From the human T2T-CHM13v2.0 reference genome, Homo sapiens, in NCBI RefSeq assembly GCF_009914755.1, contig NC_060928.1: 64,000 bases of DNA. The stretch is one strand, 5' to 3'. This document shows positions 1-13,128 of the stretch, in pieces. Position 1 is the stretch's first letter. Each line of letters opens with the position of its first letter. The translations under genes were made by a program, and so were the position numbers. The notes under the pieces were generated by a model. The model was not told the DNA's origin and searched no databases. It saw only the letters and a program-made list of their open reading frames with translations.

Positions 1-120
1 ACTCCTTGATGGACCTGGAGGTCCTGGTAGAAAGATATCTGACCACTGTGGCCTGATTGGGTGAGAGTTTAAAACTTACTTTCCTTTCCACTCTTCTAGT
101 GGATGATCTCCAATATCTTT

Positions 121-418
121 TTTTTTTTTTGAGACGGAGTCTCGTTCTGTCTCCCAGGCTAGAGTGCAGTGGCGCAATCTCGGCTCACTGCGACCTGCGA
201 CCTCTGCCTCCTGGGTTCACGCCATTCTCCTGCCTCAGTCTCCTGAGTAGCTGGGACTACAGGCACCTGACACCATGCCCGGCTAATTTTTTATATGTTT
301 AGTAGAGACGGGGTTTCACTGTGTTAGCCAGGATGGTCTCGATCTCCTGACCTTGTAATCCACCCGCCTTGGCCTCCCAAAGTGCTGGGATTACAGGCGC
401 GAGCCACTGCGCCTGGCA
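121..418 (-). mobile_element. Alu, AluY/Sc-like, full length
   Basis: Poly-T at 118-130, dimeric Alu consensus, GTTCACGCCATTCTCC and GTGTTAGCCAGGATGG segments; 15-bp TSD ATCTCCAATATCTTT at 106-120 and 419-433. Confidence 0.97.
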
Positions 419-996
419 ATCTCCAATATCTTTCAGTCAACTAATGGTAATGGGCCAGGGCCATTCTTTGGTGTAGCCTAAAGGCCAGAGGGTGAACAGC
501 TTTGGCTTCCTTCTCTGGAAAGGAGGAAGACTCTCTCCTATTCTTTCTTGTCAAAAGTCCCCCTTCCCTATGTGTGGCACAGTTGGCAGTGGTAGCTTGA
601 CAAGCGCAAACCTACACACATTTGGGAAAACTCACATCCCCTCTTCTCACTCTAAATTCTCCCATAAAGACAGTCAGCCAACCTGTTTCGGATATTTTAA
701 GCCAGGCAGTCTCAAACAGCACCAGGACCATAAGTCTTTGCTCAGTCTTTTCCCCTTGTACCTGAACTGGTCATCCTGAGTAATTCTTACCTGCACTGGT
801 CTGGGGTTGCTCACCCATTGTTCGCTCATCATAAGGTCCTAGATCTGGGAGATCCTTTTCCATAGGTGGGATACCCCCTTGGAAAGTGCATCTCAGAGTC
901 CCTCAGCGGACATAAGTGGAGCCCCCTTTCCTCAGTGGGATGCCCCAAGAGAAATCATGGTTAGAGTCCCCAGCAGACATTCTTTCCCACCACACC

Positions 997-1191
997 ATGG
1001 GACAAATCCCCTCCATTTTCTCAGACTTGGCTCTGGGTTGCATTTTAAAACACTGGGATAAATTTGACCCTCAGACTCTCAAAAAGAAACATCTAATTTT
1101 CTTGTGCAATACAGCACAGCCACTTTATAAACTTCTGCATCAGCAATCCTGGTCTCCAGGTAGGAACCACACCACCAACAATATTCTTTAG
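997..1191 (+). pseudogene. gag: Endogenous retroviral gag matrix N-terminus, truncated
   Basis: caccATGG start; MGQIPS...LGCILKHWDKFDPQTLKKKHLIFLCNTAQPLY resembles HERV-W/ERV9-type MA (myristoyl Gly2; CIL..WD.FDPQTL.KK.LIF.C.TAWP.Y). Stops at 1189-1191. Confidence 0.85.
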
Positions 1192-1573
1192 CTTAACTTC
1201 TTCTGTTGCAACTCTTCTGAATCGTCTGAAGTTTCTTATGTCCAGCCTTTCATGACTTTTTCTTGGGATCCTGATCTCCACCAAACCTGTCAAACGTGCT
1301 TGGCCAAGTTCTCTGGCCCCACTGACTCTTCTGCCATTTTAGACAACCCTTCTTTCATTCTCTCTCATTCTCCCCAACTGGCTGGGCCAGTTGAGGACAC
1401 ACCTTCTTCCCCTGACGAACCACCTTTACATTCAATTACACCTACTCTATCTGCTCCTTATCCCTCACTTTCCCACAACATCCCAACCCTGGATGTCATT
1501 TTCCAGGGTCTTGTCTGTATCAGAGGCCCTTCTCCCCTTCACATACTAGGTCAGGGGCCACCTATGATCCCAT

Positions 1574-1654
1574 TTTGGCCTGTGCGTCTTCAACTTACTT
1601 GTCAAATTTGTCTCTTCTAGAATTCAGCAGTTTAACCTTCAAATGATGCTGTGA
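1574..1654 (+). pseudogene. env: Endogenous retroviral env TM C-terminal fragment
   Basis: Manual translation FGLCVFNLLVKFVSSRIQQFNLQMML* matches the gamma-type Env motif FGPCIFNLLV.FVSSRI...LQM found in syncytin-1/HERV-W Env. Confidence 0.85.
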
Positions 1655-1956
1655 ATAGGATATCAGTCTCTCCTCAATGATGTCCGCTACCTTTATGAAT
1701 TTCCCCTGGATTCAGCTGAACACCAGTTTCACCTTGAAATCCCCCACCCACTCACCCTTGAGTCCCTTCCTCCAGCAAGATCCAATATCCTAAGTTCTAC
1801 AATTCAGGACAATGACCCACAGGGTCTCCTGACAGACCAACAACCACAGGTAGGGTCAACTCTATGCTCCAGGCCAGAAGGCAGCCACTGGAGATGAGAA
1901 CTTTGCCCCAGTGCCAAAAATTCATCATTTTTGTTCCGTTGTTGGTTGAGGAGAAA

Positions 1957-2332
1957 TGTGGAGTCTTGATAAGACAAGGTAGTGAGAATGAGGAGGGGGC
2001 CCCAGGGTGGAGGAGAACAATTGTTCTGACAGAAGGCTAACTATGAACAACCTGTTTGCACAACATTCTGTTCTCAAATACCTCACTCTGCCAAGTAATC
2101 CCAGCAGCATTACCCTATCTGCATGTAGCAGCTCCAGCACGACCCTATAAAACTTCCCTCCAGCCCCTGCCTCTTTGCAGACAGCCCCTTCTCTGCTGTA
2201 TGACCCATTGCACTCTTGCAACATATCGTCTTACTTTTTTTCTAATAAATTTGCTTTCTTTAACTCACTGCTGTTTTGGTAAATTCTTTAACTGTCCGCA
2301 ATGCTAGCCCCAGCCAGTCACAACCCACAACA
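1957..2332 (+). mobile_element. ERV1 3' LTR (MER83-like, tentative)
   Basis: TG...CA ends, preceded by a polypurine tract, TATAAAA at ~2146, AATAAA at ~2244. Family name from memory. Confidence 0.8.
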
Positions 2333-2479
2333 ATTAGTCAAGAAAGAAAAATATAAGAAGTGGCTTCTACTTCTTTAAAAAGATAAGCCATCATGAGCTA
2401 CTGTTCTTTTACTTCAAAATCAACATACAGAAATGACAAAGGAAGAAGGAAATTGAATCACAATAATGAGCAAAATTAG

Positions 2480-2850
2480 CCATTATCTATGGCTTACAAC
2501 AGAACACCTGAAACTGGGTAATTTATAAAGAAAAATACTTTATTTCTTATAGTTATGGAGGCTGTGAAGTACAGGGTCAAGCGAGTGCATCTGGTGAGAG
2601 TCTTCCTCATGGCAGGGTCTCTCTGGGTCATCTCCAGGCAGCGCAGGGCATCATATGGAGAGGGGCTGAGCATGACCTGCGCTAGCTCAGGTCTCTCTTC
2701 TCATGAAGCCACCAGTTTGCCTCCCATGATAACTCATTATTTCATTGGTCCATGAGTGACTCTGCCCTCACAATCCGGTTGCCTTTTACAGGCTGCACCT
2801 ATCAACACCACCACATTGGAGATGAAATTTCAATATGAGTTTTGGAGGGC
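2480..2850 (-). mobile_element. MaLR solo LTR (MST/MLT1A-like)
   Basis: ACTGGGTAATTTATAAAGAAAA...GCATCTGGTGAG...TTTCAATATGAGTTTTGGAGG are hallmark MST/MLT1A segments. Confidence 0.75.
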
Positions 2851-3439
2851 CCCCCCTTCCCATAAACTTGAAAGTGGTATCGCATTGGGGTGAGTGTGGG
2901 GTGGTTGGCTGCCGCACAGTGCAGTGTGAGCTGGAGGAAGCAGTGAGAAAATGCAAGAGAAAGCTTTTCAGGTTGTGCCACTGCCTCTTCTCAGTGCTGC
3001 AGAAATGGATGGCAACAGCTCAGGCTACAGAGGCAATGTTTCACAGGCAGAGGTGTACACAGTCTACATTGGGGCCAGGAGTGGATGACAACAGAGAGGG
3101 ACAGAGGAGACAAGCAGGGACCATCATCCCTTTATTCTTCATCTGACAGCTGTTCTCCCTGAGAGTTTTTAAGGTGAAACCTGGGACCAGAGGAAATACA
3201 CTGGTGAGGTGGCTGCAGAAGGGAGAGATGAGCAGTCTTCTCTAGTGTCTGGGAAATTCTTCAGTGGGACTCTTTCCCGCTTTTCCCCATAAACATACCC
3301 TTATTTTTAAACTCAACATAAACGGTAGTTCTGGCTTCACATTTTCTGAAATATAATACCTTCGTAGAAACCAGAGCTGCCATGTCTAGGAGAGGAGAAG
3401 CTCATGGGCTATAAAGAGACCCCCTGCCTGAGAAGTAAA

Positions 3440-5200
3440 ACTCTTGGAAAAATAGAACACAGACTAAAACAATTGGTATCATCTGACACAAAATTACTGA
3501 AACATGTGAACTAAGAATTTAAAATAGTAGAATAAATGTACCTAGAGAAATAAGGGAAGACATTAGCAGTATAATCGAGAACAAGAAGGCTTATGGAAAT
3601 ATTAGAGAGGAAATGTATTTGTTGAAGTGAAAGACAAAATAGATGAGAAAATCGTGGAACAGATTTTGCTGCAAAATTAACTGTTAAACTGGAAAAAGGA
3701 ACACTTTCGAAGGCAATAAGAGAGAATAAAGAATATTAATATAGTTTAAATAAATGAAACCAGAAAATAAGAATTTTGAAGAAAAATATGATACATACAG
3801 ATAAGGAGGTACTTCAAGAAATATGGTAATAAGTTATCCATAATTTAAGAAAAATTAAATTTCCATTTAAAAGACTCATAGAATGCCAAAAAGAAGAGAA
3901 GAAAAATCACACAAGCAAACAAATTTTAGTTAAATTTAAGAACATTAACACATTTGTAAAACTTTCAGAGAAAAAGAACAAACCACCCAAAAAGTGACAT
4001 GATTCAAAAAAGCATCAGGCAACTCAACAGCAACACTGGATATAAGAAGTCAGAAACAAAACAAAACAAACCTTCCTAACATAAATATTTCTTTTTTAGA
4101 ATCAAGAAAAAAAAATGTAGCAAACGAGTAAAGAACATGAATAGACATTTCATACAAATAGCCCTTAGCATAATTTCGAGCATTATAAGAAAAGTGCAAA
4201 ATAATAAAACTACATTAATATAAAAGTTTTTACCTACTATATTGCAAAAGTGTTTACAGCTTCACAAGAAATTGAAGAGTTGTGGAGACAGCTATGGAAA
4301 TGAGGTTCTCTCATTCCTATGCAAGACTTATAGGAATGCTAAATGGAATACTTTCACAGAAGAAAATGTGGCCCCAACCAGCACAAAGACATATACATTT
4401 GACCTTTGACACAGACACTTCACATATAGGTAAAATTCCAAGCTTCTATTTTGTAATATTGGGGGAACACCCACAAGTACCTATTTATTGTTGCAGAATT
4501 TGTAATGTCAGTATATTGGAAAACACCTGGACCCCCATGCAGAGAAGACCCTAGGTTCAGATGCACACAATGGAGTACTGTGCAGCAGTAAAAAAAAAAT
4601 TAGGAAGCTCTAATCAGTATAATCAGCTAATGTGGAGTGAAAAATAGCAAGGTGCAGAATATTATTAAGCAATCAAATATAGTTAAATGCATTCATTTGC
4701 TTTTGCAACAACAACAACAAAAAAAGAGAGATAAAAATAGCAGAGAAAGAGAAAGCCTAATGTGAAACTAACAAGAATGCTTATTAAGAATGTAGGTGAA
4801 AATTGAGCAGAAGGTAGTTCTGATTTAACATCTGCTAATGATGCCCGTGTTCAAAAATTAATTATTTAAAATGTAAACTAAAGTTAAAAGGAGATTAAAT
4901 ACTTTAAAAACAGAAAAATACCTAACTCTATGTCAAACTGATAACCTAACTACAAATACAGGGAGTTAATGTAGGTAACTTAAAAACACAGCACTACAAT
5001 TACTCACCCTTAGTAGGATATGTAAAAATAATTGCAAAAAAATCTTGAGATGTATTTAATATACGTGTTGTGAATGGTGGTATGGGTATAGCAATTTAAA
5101 ACGTTCTTTTTTGTTGTGGGGTAGATCAAAGAGCAAATACATGAATATTTCTGGGAACTATGACTACCACTGTAGGAATTTGGTAAATAGAGCAGAAATA
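3440..5200 (+). mobile_element. Ancient L1 (L1M) fragments: ORF1 region and 3' end
   Basis: A-rich degenerate L1-like segments (AACTCAACAGCAACACTGGATATAAGAAG; AAGAACATGAATAGACATTTCA; CACACAATGGAGTACTGTGCAGCAGTAAAA). Confidence 0.55.
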
Positions 5201-5388
5201 AAATATGACTCTATAAATAAAGCTATTTATGAATATTTTGTGAATAATAAATTCAGTAAGTACTTCAAATTAGTGAAAAAGATGAAATATTCAGTGAATC
5301 GTTATGGGACATGTTACAAGCTCTTTGAATAAAGTGTTGGATCGCTAATTCAGTCTTTACAACAGAATGTATTTCACATGGATCAGCT

Positions 5389-5439
5389 TATACACACACA
5401 TACATACACATGTATAAGCTTATAAATATGTATATGCAC

Positions 5440-5486
<47 letters not shown>
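5389..5486. repeat. Compound (CA)n/(TG)n/(TA)n microsatellite
   Basis: Directly visible; (TA)n run at ~5451-5480. Confidence 0.9.
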
Positions 5487-6888
5487 ATAAGATATTTGAG
5501 TTTATTTTTAATCACAGAGTTGAGAAAACCCTCTACAGAAAGCCAAGAAGCAGTAAGGAATATATTTAAAATGTGACTAAGTGAAATAAAAGGAAAAAGT
5601 TTGAAAATCTTCTCCGGCAAGAACTCTTTATAAAACATTTAAAAGTAAATATTTATATGAAAAAAGATATTAACATGTATGAAGGACATTAGTCTGAGTC
5701 CCTTAATTTCCCAGGAGTTCATAAATTAATGTTTAAAATACAAATATATACAAAAGAAAATAATGGACAAATGAGGTACATGTTGGAGAATTAAAAATAA
5801 ATACCAAGTGAAATTCCAAAATATGCCCACTTATTCCCACTTAAAGATATGCAAAGCAAATAACAATGATAACATTTTCCCTCTGTTATAATGCCAACAA
5901 ATCAAAATGTTAGATAATATCCTGCATTGACGGTTGAGTGGAGGAAATTGTCGTTTTTGTGTACTCTTGGTACAAGGCTGATATTTGGATAGAATATACC
6001 AGTTTGGCCATATTTTCCAATTGATAACAGCATCTGTTCTGATTGGGCAGTGCCTATATCCTAGTAATTGTAAAATATTTTAAGTGTCTCTCTTTTGTGA
6101 AGAGTATGAATTGGCACAACCTTTTTATAATACACTTAGCATTATGTATTCTCATTAAAAATATGCATCCACTTCTGTCCAAAAATTCCACTGATAAAAA
6201 CGTTATTACTTCTGTAATATGTAGAAAGTACTTATGTATTGAATCTCATAGCAATTTTTGTAATAAGGAAATTTTATTAAACATGTGTGAACACATCTTT
6301 CTGGAGGATCTCATTCCCGATGTTATCTTCCATGTATAGAGAGCTTCCTTGGAATACAGTCTTGGATACTATCAGTCTGCTCACACACTTCTCTCCCTGG
6401 GCAACACAGAGTGATTTATCTGATTGGTGGCTTTGGGATGAAGAAGCTGGCAAGATTTATCAGTCTTATCGATCAACCATTCTCCTTTGGGATCATCTCT
6501 AAGAAAAGCAAAACACTTTCAACTGCTCTCAAGCATGCTATCATGTTAGTGACGAGGGCTCTGCATCTATGGGACTTGTACTTAGTGAAATCTAATTCTG
6601 ACACAAAGTACTTAAAATACAAAAGTGTTATACACTTAAGCGAAATTCTCGAGTATCACCTTCTATCCATATTATAGTCTTATTCTTCATCTGCTTGTTC
6701 TTTTACTCTTATCAGCCAATTGATTTTGAAATAGGATGAGAAGGGTAAGATTTATGGTGCTTCCAACAAATTCCATAATCTATAATACAATACTAGAATT
6801 AATTTTCCTATTTACAAAAGTGGGTATTAATAGTACCTACTTCACATTGTGTGCTAAACCCATGTATACACTTACAAGATTTAGTTGA

Positions 6889-7270
<382 letters not shown>

Positions 7271-7849
7271 AGTTGCCTCATTTTCTAAGGATGATCAGGT
7301 GTCCCAATTTAACCAGAACAGTCACGGATTATTACAGCATCCTTAGTATAACTATTATACTTATCATAATTAACAGTAACCCTTTTTAAGCTCAGAGGTG
7401 CCCACATTTGAAAGTTTGATTACATGGTATTCTATTTAACACTGCTGGCTGTTTTAGCGTCCCCCATGGAGTAAGGGCTGGGCTTTGGCACAACTTCTTT
7501 TCTGCCCATATTGGCAGGAGCCCTGGCATTTCCAGCCGTCAGGTCCAGCAATATCAAACCACAGAACCGCTTGTTTCTGCCACTACTGCCCAGAGCAGCA
7601 TTGTAACTCAATATAGATGAGAGGGAAAGTTGGTGCATGACGGAATGAACTTTGTCAGTTAAATGAAGGGGAACAGGGAGAATCCAGAGTGCCATATGTA
7701 CATTTCTTCTCTGTAACAGCTAAGGATGAGGTGCCCTAGTTCTTTCCATAAATCCTCTGCATGTGTTCAAATAACTAGCCATATTTTAAGAGGCTGGGTG
7801 CTTTAGTAAGGCACTTATTTGAATTTGCTTTTTTTTTTCTTCCCTGGTG

Positions 7850-10760
7850 CATTCTTCTTTTCCCCTCCTTGGTTGACCTGGGATTGTATTCAAAGACATA
7901 AAGTATGGATTTTTCTCTTGCTCTTTTCTTTTAGGGAACCCAAAGTAAAACAGTACCAGGAATGGCCCTGAAAGCAAAGCACTCACAAAGGGCTTTAGGA
8001 CTGGATAGTTTACCTATCTGGATGTAACAAGAATCCCCTTGCTTTCTATAAATGAGGCCTAAAATTGTGGCATGCTATAACATAACCCATTATTAAAGCT
8101 TTCAACTTTTTAAATTGTTATGAGGTACAGGTAAAAGACAAGTTATTAGATGATCAAGTGGATGTTGCTTTTGTGGATTTAAAGGTTATGAAACGTAGAT
8201 GAATTTTGGTGTGGGTGATTGTTTTTTATGACATTACAGATCTTGAAAAATCAGAAAATAATATGCTCAGGGAACTTAATCTTCAATTTAAGACATGTCC
8301 TAAAAGTCAGAGATTTTTAAAGGAGTTTCAAAGAGATTATTGTATCCCCAAACTACGGGCAATTCGGTGTTGAAATCAAGCCCAGGATGTAGCAGAACAA
8401 CTCAGGTAAAGTGTAATGCTTTCTGCAAAATTTAAGACTGTAGTACAAAGAGCGGGAGCCTGTAAGCTGGGATATGAGTGGATGAGTTTGGGAATATTTA
8501 ACTCCCCCAATCCTCGAAATTTCCTGGCTTGCAGAAGCATCCCAATCCCCCTGTCAAGAGGAGAACAGCTTCCCTTGTCTATAAGACTCTGTGACCATCA
8601 CAACCAGAGCATTTACCTCACAGGGCAATACTAATTCACCTCAATATCCACACTTACTACCCTTTTCTGTCTTCAGGAAAATAACAGGTTCAATTCTCTG
8701 CACAGCCAGAGCTTGGCAGTACAAAGTCTGCTTTGGAAAGAAATAGTTTAAGGACCAAATAATTGAAGAAAGTAAGAAAACATTTTGGGGAATAGTTCTT
8801 GAGAGTGTTAGATGATAGGGACAGAAAATAAGGCAGATAGGGGAGAATTCCTTGATAAGCTGGCACTAACTTAGGACATGGTATCAATGTTCTGGTGGGA
8901 AACTCTGGAATTGAGCAGCTGGTCATATTTTGCTGCTTTTTGAGACCAGGTACAAAGAATTAACCTTCATTTAATGTTGTGGAGATTCTAAAACTTTTAT
9001 GAGCGCAGTACATCAGGTTGAGAAGAGGGATCCTAACACTCAGAGAAATGGCAACCCCAGAATCGAATGCTGAATATTCACCACTTGAATATGTTCTCTA
9101 GGAGAATACAATGAGCAGTCTCTTCACTAAAGCACTATGATCTGCGATGAAGGCAAAGATGCTATTATCTGTGAAAAGTGTTTTCGTGCCTTCTCTCTCG
9201 TAGTTGGCGATGCTACGTAGGATTGGGCTCCTTAATATTGCTTGTACAATGACAGAAGCCAGGTGGCAGCACTTGATTGGCACTGACATAGTGGATGCAA
9301 TTATCTTAATGTGAAGCGAAGTCAAAGTATACTCAGAGTTCATTAGTCTATAGAAATATATGGCAAAGGCTAATAAATAGATCTTGAGTGTAGTGTTCTG
9401 AAAGACAAGAAAGATAACTGACTAGAGTTTTTCTCTAGTTGCATAATGTAAAAAAATGATTACTTCAAAGAGAAGATTGAGCTCAGTCTCCACTAAGGGT
9501 GGTCACAGATCCTCATACATTTTTCCATACCTAGGACAATCATAGACACAGAGCTCACTGATTGAAAGGAGACTGAAATTATTATGAAAGGGTCGTAAAA
9601 TGTCATCTCAATATACGTGGTTAATATTGTTCCATTCCTTATCCAAAAGACCTGTGTCCATATGCCAGGTTAACAGTTCTCTGGAGAAAAAGGAGTAACC
9701 AGATCTTTTTGAGCAATGTGAGGTACAGGGCTGACACTTGCTAATGATACCAGGAATCTACAGTTGTGAACTGGGTTTCCCTGTACTGTTAGGTTAATTG
9801 ACCTTGCTTACACTAAGGAATTAGGGTTGATACTGCACGATGGAGGAAGGGTAGAAAAACCATCAAAGACCTTAGAGGATTCTAGGAGGAATGTGAAGTT
9901 GATGTAACCATGGCCCAGCAAATAAGTGCTCTGACATTACCAGGATTTCTGAAAATTTCCTAGGCAAGACGAAGGAAAATGTTGGCCCGGGTGAGGGAGA
10001 TCTATAGTAGGTGGTGATGGTGGGAGACGATCCATATTAATTACTCTTTCACTGAGTACAGAAACAGAAGCCATAACTCGGTTAGGCAATCTTTTTGGGG
10101 GACTGCAAGTGGCTATTTTTGAAAGGTTACACATGGGTCTTTCCCCCATTGGAAATAGGTAAGAACATCTGGATATTATTAGAGGATACAAGTGTATCAG
10201 AGAGGCATAAGTCATAGGGTGTATCTCACAGTGTTTGTACTTCCTTCACCCAAATTCTTGATCTTGGCTACCTGTGGGGTTGTAGCACATGCTATTTGGA
10301 GAGCCTTGACCACCATGGATGTAGCCTCACCTCTTAACATCATAACTCCTAGGGCAGTAGTTGAGGTTAACGTGGCTCTGTTGCACCTGCTCCAGTGGAA
10401 TGTGCAGCAGCTCCTGTGCCCAGGACCAATCCCACCGAAGCCGTGGAGAAATGTGTCCCACAGCACGCGCACGTCTGGAGGGGTTGGGCTGCTCAATTAG
10501 GAACTGCAGAGAGGTAACAGCTTTTGATTGAACTTTAACCAATGGCAGACACTAGTAAGAAAGGAGCCGGGTGATTAATGCCTTAGCTAATTTTCCCCCA
10601 ACAGACTTCTCTGAGCCAAACTAGTTCCGTGGGTATCCTCTGGAAGCATTAGGTATGACCAAGCAAATTGCTTTACTTCCTTGTGTAAAGCACAAGACCG
10701 CGGTCCTAGGTTATACACAAACGTGTCTGCATTCCTTTCTTCCCTGGACCATTAACACAT
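7850..10760 (+). mobile_element. Degenerate ERVL provirus (HERV16/ERV3-16A3-like): 5' LTR end, internal gag/pro remnant, LTR16-like 3' LTR (~10220-10760)
   Basis: LTR16-type end TTTAGGGAACCCAAAGTAAAACA (to 7952) followed by internal start GTACCAGGAATGGCCC; peptide KDLCPYARLTVLWRKRSNQIF (9646-9708) resembles the ERVL pre-protease RDLRPFTRVTVHWGKGNNQTF; LTR16-like segment TTTAACCAATGGCAGACACTAG near 10535. Confidence 0.65.
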
Positions 10761-11931
10761 ACATGTTATAATAGAACTAGATTTAAGAAATAAGAATTTT
10801 TTAGTTTTAAGTGACTTAATACATGCAAAGCTTTGAGAACAATGCCCAGTCCATATAAATAATATGCAGGCAACCACAACGAAGAGGTAAAAAATGAGCT
10901 TAATCAGCATCTACCAAAATTCAAGTTATTTTATTAAATGTAAAAAAGGTAAGTTCCTAGGTAATGGATGCAAAATAAAGTGCACTTACATATTATTTAA
11001 AATTCAATTCATATATGTTATAGCGTATAGATTATAACTAAAATACCCACAAAACAATGAAAGGTTAGATAAGAACTGATCTTCAGAGAGAGAATATAAT
11101 GCTCATTCTTTCTTTTGGCATTTATTCATTTATTTATCTACCATAATAGTAAGCAGACAAAAATTAATAATAAGCCTTAAATATACAGTATAAAATATAC
11201 CACATTTCTAAAGTAATCGTAGATTAGATGGAAGGTAAAACTTTGGCTCAATTTGTTTGTATTGTTATAACATTGGCCTAAAAATGCATAATAAATATTA
11301 TTTAAGTGATTCGAAAAGTATTCTAACCTGTATACATTATGTTAGTCATAACAGTAAATATTATAAGGTATTGTTACATTTTGAAATTAGCAAATACATT
11401 TGAAGAATGCATAAAGGAGAAGCAGACATAGATTAGGCTTCTTCAGAATAAAAAAAAAAAAGTAACTCTACAGTTGAAATAGAGAAGCCAAGCTGAATTT
11501 TGAATGGAAATACTTGCATTGATGAATACTGCCATGGTTGTAAGAGTTTCAGTGCAATAAACCTTCAAAGTTGAGAATGGGTCTGTTTTTGCAACCTCAG
11601 ACATGTTTCCTAGAAATAGATGTTTGGACAAATGTAGAAACTGATAGTAAATGAAATATATAAAAGTAGCCAAAAGAAAGGTTAAACAGTTTAGAAAATT
11701 GTACATATGACATTTATACTAGGAAAGAAATATCTTTATACCAAATTGGTCATCCTCATACCAAAATGGTCTCCATCAATGAAATGGAGATTTGAAGTAA
11801 ATTTTAAAATAAAGTATAAAATATCATTGATTTGGTTTTTACTCTTTCTACCTAATACATTTTCAATATGCTTACTTGCAAATATAAAATAATTAAAAGA
11901 AAACATTTAAAAATTATTTCTCATTCTGTCG

Positions 11932-12288
<357 letters not shown>

Positions 12289-12514
12289 TAATAAATGCTT
12301 TTACCATGACAGTATTTTCATCTTCTACTCAACTAAATTCTCTTCATTACATTACATCTTTAATTATATGAGCTTTTTTTCACTAGTGAATGTATGGCAA
12401 ATATTTTCCTATTAAAAATAATCTTTGAAAACAATTTAAACAGTTGTACATTACTCTATCATATGTTTAAGGCATACTATACTTAATGGTTTATCAATTA
12501 TAAAAGTCATTACT

Positions 12515-13128
12515 CTATGTTGGTTTTGAGCTGTGTTACCCCAAGTAAATTCTTACTACATTTCCCACCATTCTTCGTCCTGCATTGTTCTGGGGTTGGA
12601 TTAGCCACGAGAAAAATGTATGTGAGATTGTTCAACAGAAGTTAAGTTCTGAAGGTTGGAGAAGGGGTCAGGTGCTGCTGCAGTTTGCACGTATCTTCAG
12701 TAATCTGCTTCTTTACCTTCTTAGGGTATGAGTCAGGGTGGGGACTGGGTTCTCCAGGCCCATAGCTACTTCTTCTCTCACTAAATGCTCTCCTGTAACC
12801 TCTATACATCTTGAACCAGGTACACGTATTGCCCTATGGTGAAATGGTCAAGCAGGTGACTGTAGATTCGAGTTGGATGAGATGATATCACTGCCAAGGT
12901 TATCCTCAAGGGTTCCACTGTATACTGAGCTACCCATCATTTCATGTCCAGTTTTTCTTCTTAAGTGCAGATACTGATGACACATAATGATTCTAGATAC
13001 ACCATCGGATGCAGAGACAACAGCGTGCATGGTGTGGTCGCCAGCTCCTGCATGGTGCAAGGTCAAATTCCCAGAATAAATCTCTGATGCCATTGGCTTG
13101 GGTCTTGTGCCCTGATAAAACTGGTATA
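12515..13128 (+). mobile_element. ERVL solo LTR (LTR33/LTR41/LTR50-like)
   Basis: Higher-GC block in AT-rich DNA ending CAAGGTCAAATTCCCAGAATAAATC...CCCTGATAAAACTGGTATAC, typical of this LTR group. Confidence 0.5.

Larger units (their letters stand above)
1..1956 (+). mobile_element. ERV1 (class I) internal region remnant, internally deleted: leader, gag 5' part, env 3' end; interrupted by an Alu
   Basis: Contains a gag MA-like peptide (997-1191), an env TM tail (1574-1654) and a purine tract GAGGAGAAA (1948-1956) directly before an LTR starting TG. Confidence 0.8.

Noticed and set aside
57-302. ORFs with [11 protein letters not shown] / [13 protein letters not shown] peptides (also 6895-7254, 12001-12291, 24989-25274, 39335-39683, 58911-59134)
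   Set aside because: Translations of Alu sequence, a well-known source of false ORFs.
6250-6600. Possible processed pseudogene or GATA/CCAAT motif cluster
   Set aside because: No recognisable peptide, poly(A) or TSD; short GATA motifs are expected by chance at this AT content.
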